Positions 61,592 to 64,000 of a stretch of 64,000 bases of DNA are shown in pieces; position 1 is the first letter of the stretch, and each line of letters begins with the position of its first letter. This DNA comes from an uncultured Bacteroides sp. Its GTDB lineage: Bacteria > Bacteroidota > Bacteroidia > Bacteroidales > Bacteroidaceae. A program made the translations under genes and the position numbers. The stretch lies in the NCBI GenBank assembly GCA_944320295.1, contig CALUGY010000083.1:3430-67429 (forward strand), given 5' to 3'. The notes under the pieces were generated by a model. The model had not been told where the DNA came from and did not search any database. It saw only the letters and a program-made list of their open reading frames with translations.

Positions 61592-62926
61592 TCAGTCGGC
61601 GTAGGTGATGGTGTAGGTGTACTCGGAAACGTAGTCCGACGAGCCTGACTTCGGCGTGCACTTCTTGTATACCTTCACGGGACGGTCGAGCGCGTCGTAC
61701 TCGTAGGTGTACTCCGTGTTATAGCCGTAGGAGATGCGGTCGTACTCGTGTGTCATCATCAGCTCGCCGCGCTTGCCCATGTAGCCGAAGGCATTGACGG
61801 CGGCAGCCATGTCGCTGATGAAACAGCCCATCCACTCGCTTTCACAGATCATCCAAGTGAGGTCGAAGTTCACCTTGGGGTTGTTGACGTAGGCGGGGTT
61901 CTCGTAGCGCATCTCGGCCACGTAGTCGTCGGCGTTCTCGCCGTAGTAATCGTGCGTCACCTTCACGAGGTTGCCGTTTTGCCACTCGGCCTTGTCCACA
62001 TATTCATAGTCCACGCCCGGGTTGTATGACAAGGTGTACTTGTCTGTGCCGCCCGTGAGGTAGCCGTTCTCGTCGTATTGCACGGTGGCTGTGCCTTTCA
62101 CTACGTCGCTTCCGTCGTACCATTCATAGTCGATGGTGGTGACGCGGTTGTTCTCATCCAAGGTGAAGATGGTGACATCCTCGTCCTCCGAAGCAGCGGC
62201 CCTGGTCTTGATGAATGGCTTGCGGGTGGCATTTTCAACAGCTTCACCCGTTCCCGGTACATCCACCGGTCCCTCCTCATCGGGATAATACTCGCGCAGG
62301 ATGATGGTGTTGCCGCTGTACTCGTAGGTGGTGCGGAACATGTCTTCTTCCAATCCTTCGCCGTTATCGTCGGTAGTGACTTGGGTTATGCGGCCCTGGT
62401 CGTCATACTCGAAGTAGTAGATGTTCCTGCTCGTCTCACCATCGGGACTGGGGTGCACTTCGTCTATGCGGGCCACGTAGTACTTGTCAGCCTCCGGCTC
62501 AACGGGTTCCGCAGGCGTGTCGCCGCCCTCGGTGGTGCCTTTCTGCTCCACGGTGATGGTGATGACATCGCTGCCGCAACGTATCTCTATCTGTGCCTTG
62601 CGGTCTTGTCCGGTGGTGTTCTCCTTCAGCGTGAGTGTCAGGGTGTACTCGCCCGGGCCGCCGCTGTACTTGCTCAGCGAGAGCCAGTCCACGGAGCTGC
62701 CGCCCTCGGCCTTGGTGGATACGGCGGTAACGGTGGCCGTCCAGTCGGCCGCAGCGGTGAAGTGTATGCCGCCGGCGTTGTCCGTGGTCTCGTCGGCATA
62801 GATGGTTTGCGAGGTTTGTGTGCCGTTGGTCAGTACGATACTTGTGCCTCCTTCGTCCTCGCTGCATGCGGCCAGGCCGAGTAGCAGGGTGAGGGTGCAC
62901 AATGTTGTTCTCATGTTAATCTTCAT
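61592..62926 (-). CDS. paralogous acidic surface lipoprotein, BACON-like plus DUF4595-like domain
   Basis: Lipobox LAAC; N-terminal ~125 aa nearly identical to 59907..61322; FEYDDQGRI, YDENGYL, WQNGNL. Confidence 0.8.
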   Translation of the reverse strand: MKINMRTTLCTLTLLLGLAACSEDEGGTSIVLTNGTQTSQTIYADETTDNAGGIHFTAAADWTATVTAVSTKAEGGSSVDWLSLSKYSGGPGEYTLTLTLKENTTGQDRKAQIEIRCGSDVITITVEQKGTTEGGDTPAEPVEPEADKYYVARIDEVHPSPDGETSRNIYYFEYDDQGRITQVTTDDNGEGLEEDMFRTTYEYSGNTIILREYYPDEEGPVDVPGTGEAVENATRKPFIKTRAAASEDEDVTIFTLDENNRVTTIDYEWYDGSDVVKGTATVQYDENGYLTGGTDKYTLSYNPGVDYEYVDKAEWQNGNLVKVTHDYYGENADDYVAEMRYENPAYVNNPKVNFDLTWMICESEWMGCFISDMAAAVNAFGYMGKRGELMMTHEYDRISYGYNTEYTYEYDALDRPVKVYKKCTPKSGSSDYVSEYTYTITYAD

Positions 62927-62943
62927 AATTATGTTTGTTAATG

Positions 62944-63033
62944 GCCCCTCCCAGCCTCCCCCGATGGGGAGGAGTTCAGGGTATCTGGTTAATTAGTAAC
63001 TTAAAGCTTCCCCTCGGGGGGAGTTGAGGGGGC
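62944..63033. repeat. REP-like double GC-rich hairpin
   Basis: gcccctcccagcctcccccgatggggagg ... ttcccctcggggggagttgagggggc; inverted pair, each half with an internal hairpin. Confidence 0.7.
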
Positions 63034-63037
63034 TGCC

Positions 63038-63769
63038 TCAGAATCCGTATGCCTGCTGGCGCATGGACTGGTAGTCCTTCTCCGGCAGGAACACTATCTT
63101 GGCAAAGTCGGTGAAGTCATACGTGTGGCAGTTGATGGCGATGGGTGCTCCTTGGCTGTTGCACAGGCTCCCGGCAGGGATGGTCTGGCCGGGTTCATAC
63201 TCGGCAGGCACTTGTCCCATGTAGGCTTTCGAAGTGAAGGGGTTCACTTGCCCCAATTCAATGAGGTGGTCGTCCGAACGGATGAGCGCATAGTACAGGC
63301 GTGCGTCTTGCAGGGATACTTCGCCGTCTTTGGCCCTATATCCCAACTTGCTCAGGGGAAGGTCACGTTTTGCCTTGGCCATGATGCGCACGGTGATGCT
63401 GCCGCTCTCCTCGCCTGCACGGAAGTCGGCCACTTGCACCTGGGTTATCTCGAAGTCGGGATAGATGTCTGCCCCGGACACGGGTATGTCGCGGCCTATA
63501 ATCTCCTGCCCGGCCTCCGTGGCAGCTTGGGCACACTCTGCGGCAAAGGCGGCATAGTCGTCGAGTATGGCTTTGCGCTTGTCTATGTCCCTGCCGGCGT
63601 TTTGCAGTTTTTCATTCAGCTGCTTCTTCTCCAAAGCCAGGTTCACATAGATGCCGGGCACCTTGCCCAGCAGGTCGTTCTCTTTCACACCGGAGGTCGC
63701 TCCCCCGCACGAGTTCAACAACAACATGCCGCACAGGGCGGAACATGCACTAACAAAGAATGTTTTCAT
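63038..63769 (-). CDS. hypothetical lipoprotein
   Basis: Signal peptide II LLLNSC; 243 aa; same strand as its neighbours. Confidence 0.75.
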   Translation of the reverse strand: MKTFFVSACSALCGMLLLNSCGGATSGVKENDLLGKVPGIYVNLALEKKQLNEKLQNAGRDIDKRKAILDDYAAFAAECAQAATEAGQEIIGRDIPVSGADIYPDFEITQVQVADFRAGEESGSITVRIMAKAKRDLPLSKLGYRAKDGEVSLQDARLYYALIRSDDHLIELGQVNPFTSKAYMGQVPAEYEPGQTIPAGSLCNSQGAPIAINCHTYDFTDFAKIVFLPEKDYQSMRQQAYGF

Positions 63770-63804
63770 ACGATATAAGTATTAATAGTTAATAATATGG
63801 ATAA

Positions 63805-64000
63805 TCACACTTTGCGGTGGAACTTGCTGCAACATTGGTCATAGGGGTTGTGCATTTGCACACCCTCGTAGCAATGCCCGCCTCCGCCGTAGCGGTCACA
63901 TGATGCACAACAGTTGTGGGCGGGTATGTCGGCCTTCTTGCCACCGCCACCGGACACATCCGCCATGACCTTCGGCAGTAAGACGATTACCGCGTAGATG
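63805..64000 (-). CDS. 3' end of a probable membrane protein with a Cys-rich C-terminus (partial)
   Basis: Open frame IYAVIVLLPK...HNCCASCDRYGGGGHCYEGVQMHNPYDQCCSKFHRKV*, stop 35 bp before the next ATG. Confidence 0.65.
   Translation of the reverse strand, partial: IYAVIVLLPKVMADVSGGGGKKADIPAHNCCASCDRYGGGGHCYEGVQMHNPYDQCCSKFHRKV

Noticed and set aside
60911-62899. Diversity-generating retroelement TR/VR pair or shufflon
   Set aside because: The repeat covers N-terminal coding regions and the differences are mostly synonymous rather than adenine-specific. No reverse transcriptase or recombinase is in the window.

Overview
Core-genome window of a Bacteroidaceae (Bacteroides/Phocaeicola-like) chromosome, judged from TAnnTTTG promoters and gene content. 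It carries gyrA (partial), clpC, htpG, a patatin-like phospholipase, 3 tRNAs, proS, dapA, ligA, trmD, pyrDK, an XRE-HTH gene beside a very AT-rich ~700 bp spacer, holA, amn, lspA/dksA-like/ileS, rpmE2, menA, a PEP-synthase-like protein, rfbAB, ppk1, a Pit transporter, the CCA-adding enzyme, ppdK, an HU-like gene, a bioBA-F-G-C-D operon, a 2-oxoacid:ferredoxin oxidoreductase operon and a cluster of lipoprotein genes. I saw no cas gene, integrase, transposase or prophage. Most notable: (1) at least eight intergenic arrays from several sequence-unrelated families that all share a 21-22 bp period of short palindromic units, some nested, one in the 5' leader of the HU-like gene; (2) a leader ORF with a 14-bp perfect hairpin, coupled to bioB; (3) the XRE-HTH/AT-rich TGTAA-motif locus; (4) sigma54-type promoters with a shared upstream motif at clpC and htpG; (5) tandem lipoproteins with near-identical N-termini and divergent C-termini. 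All calls were made by eye and no database searches were run.
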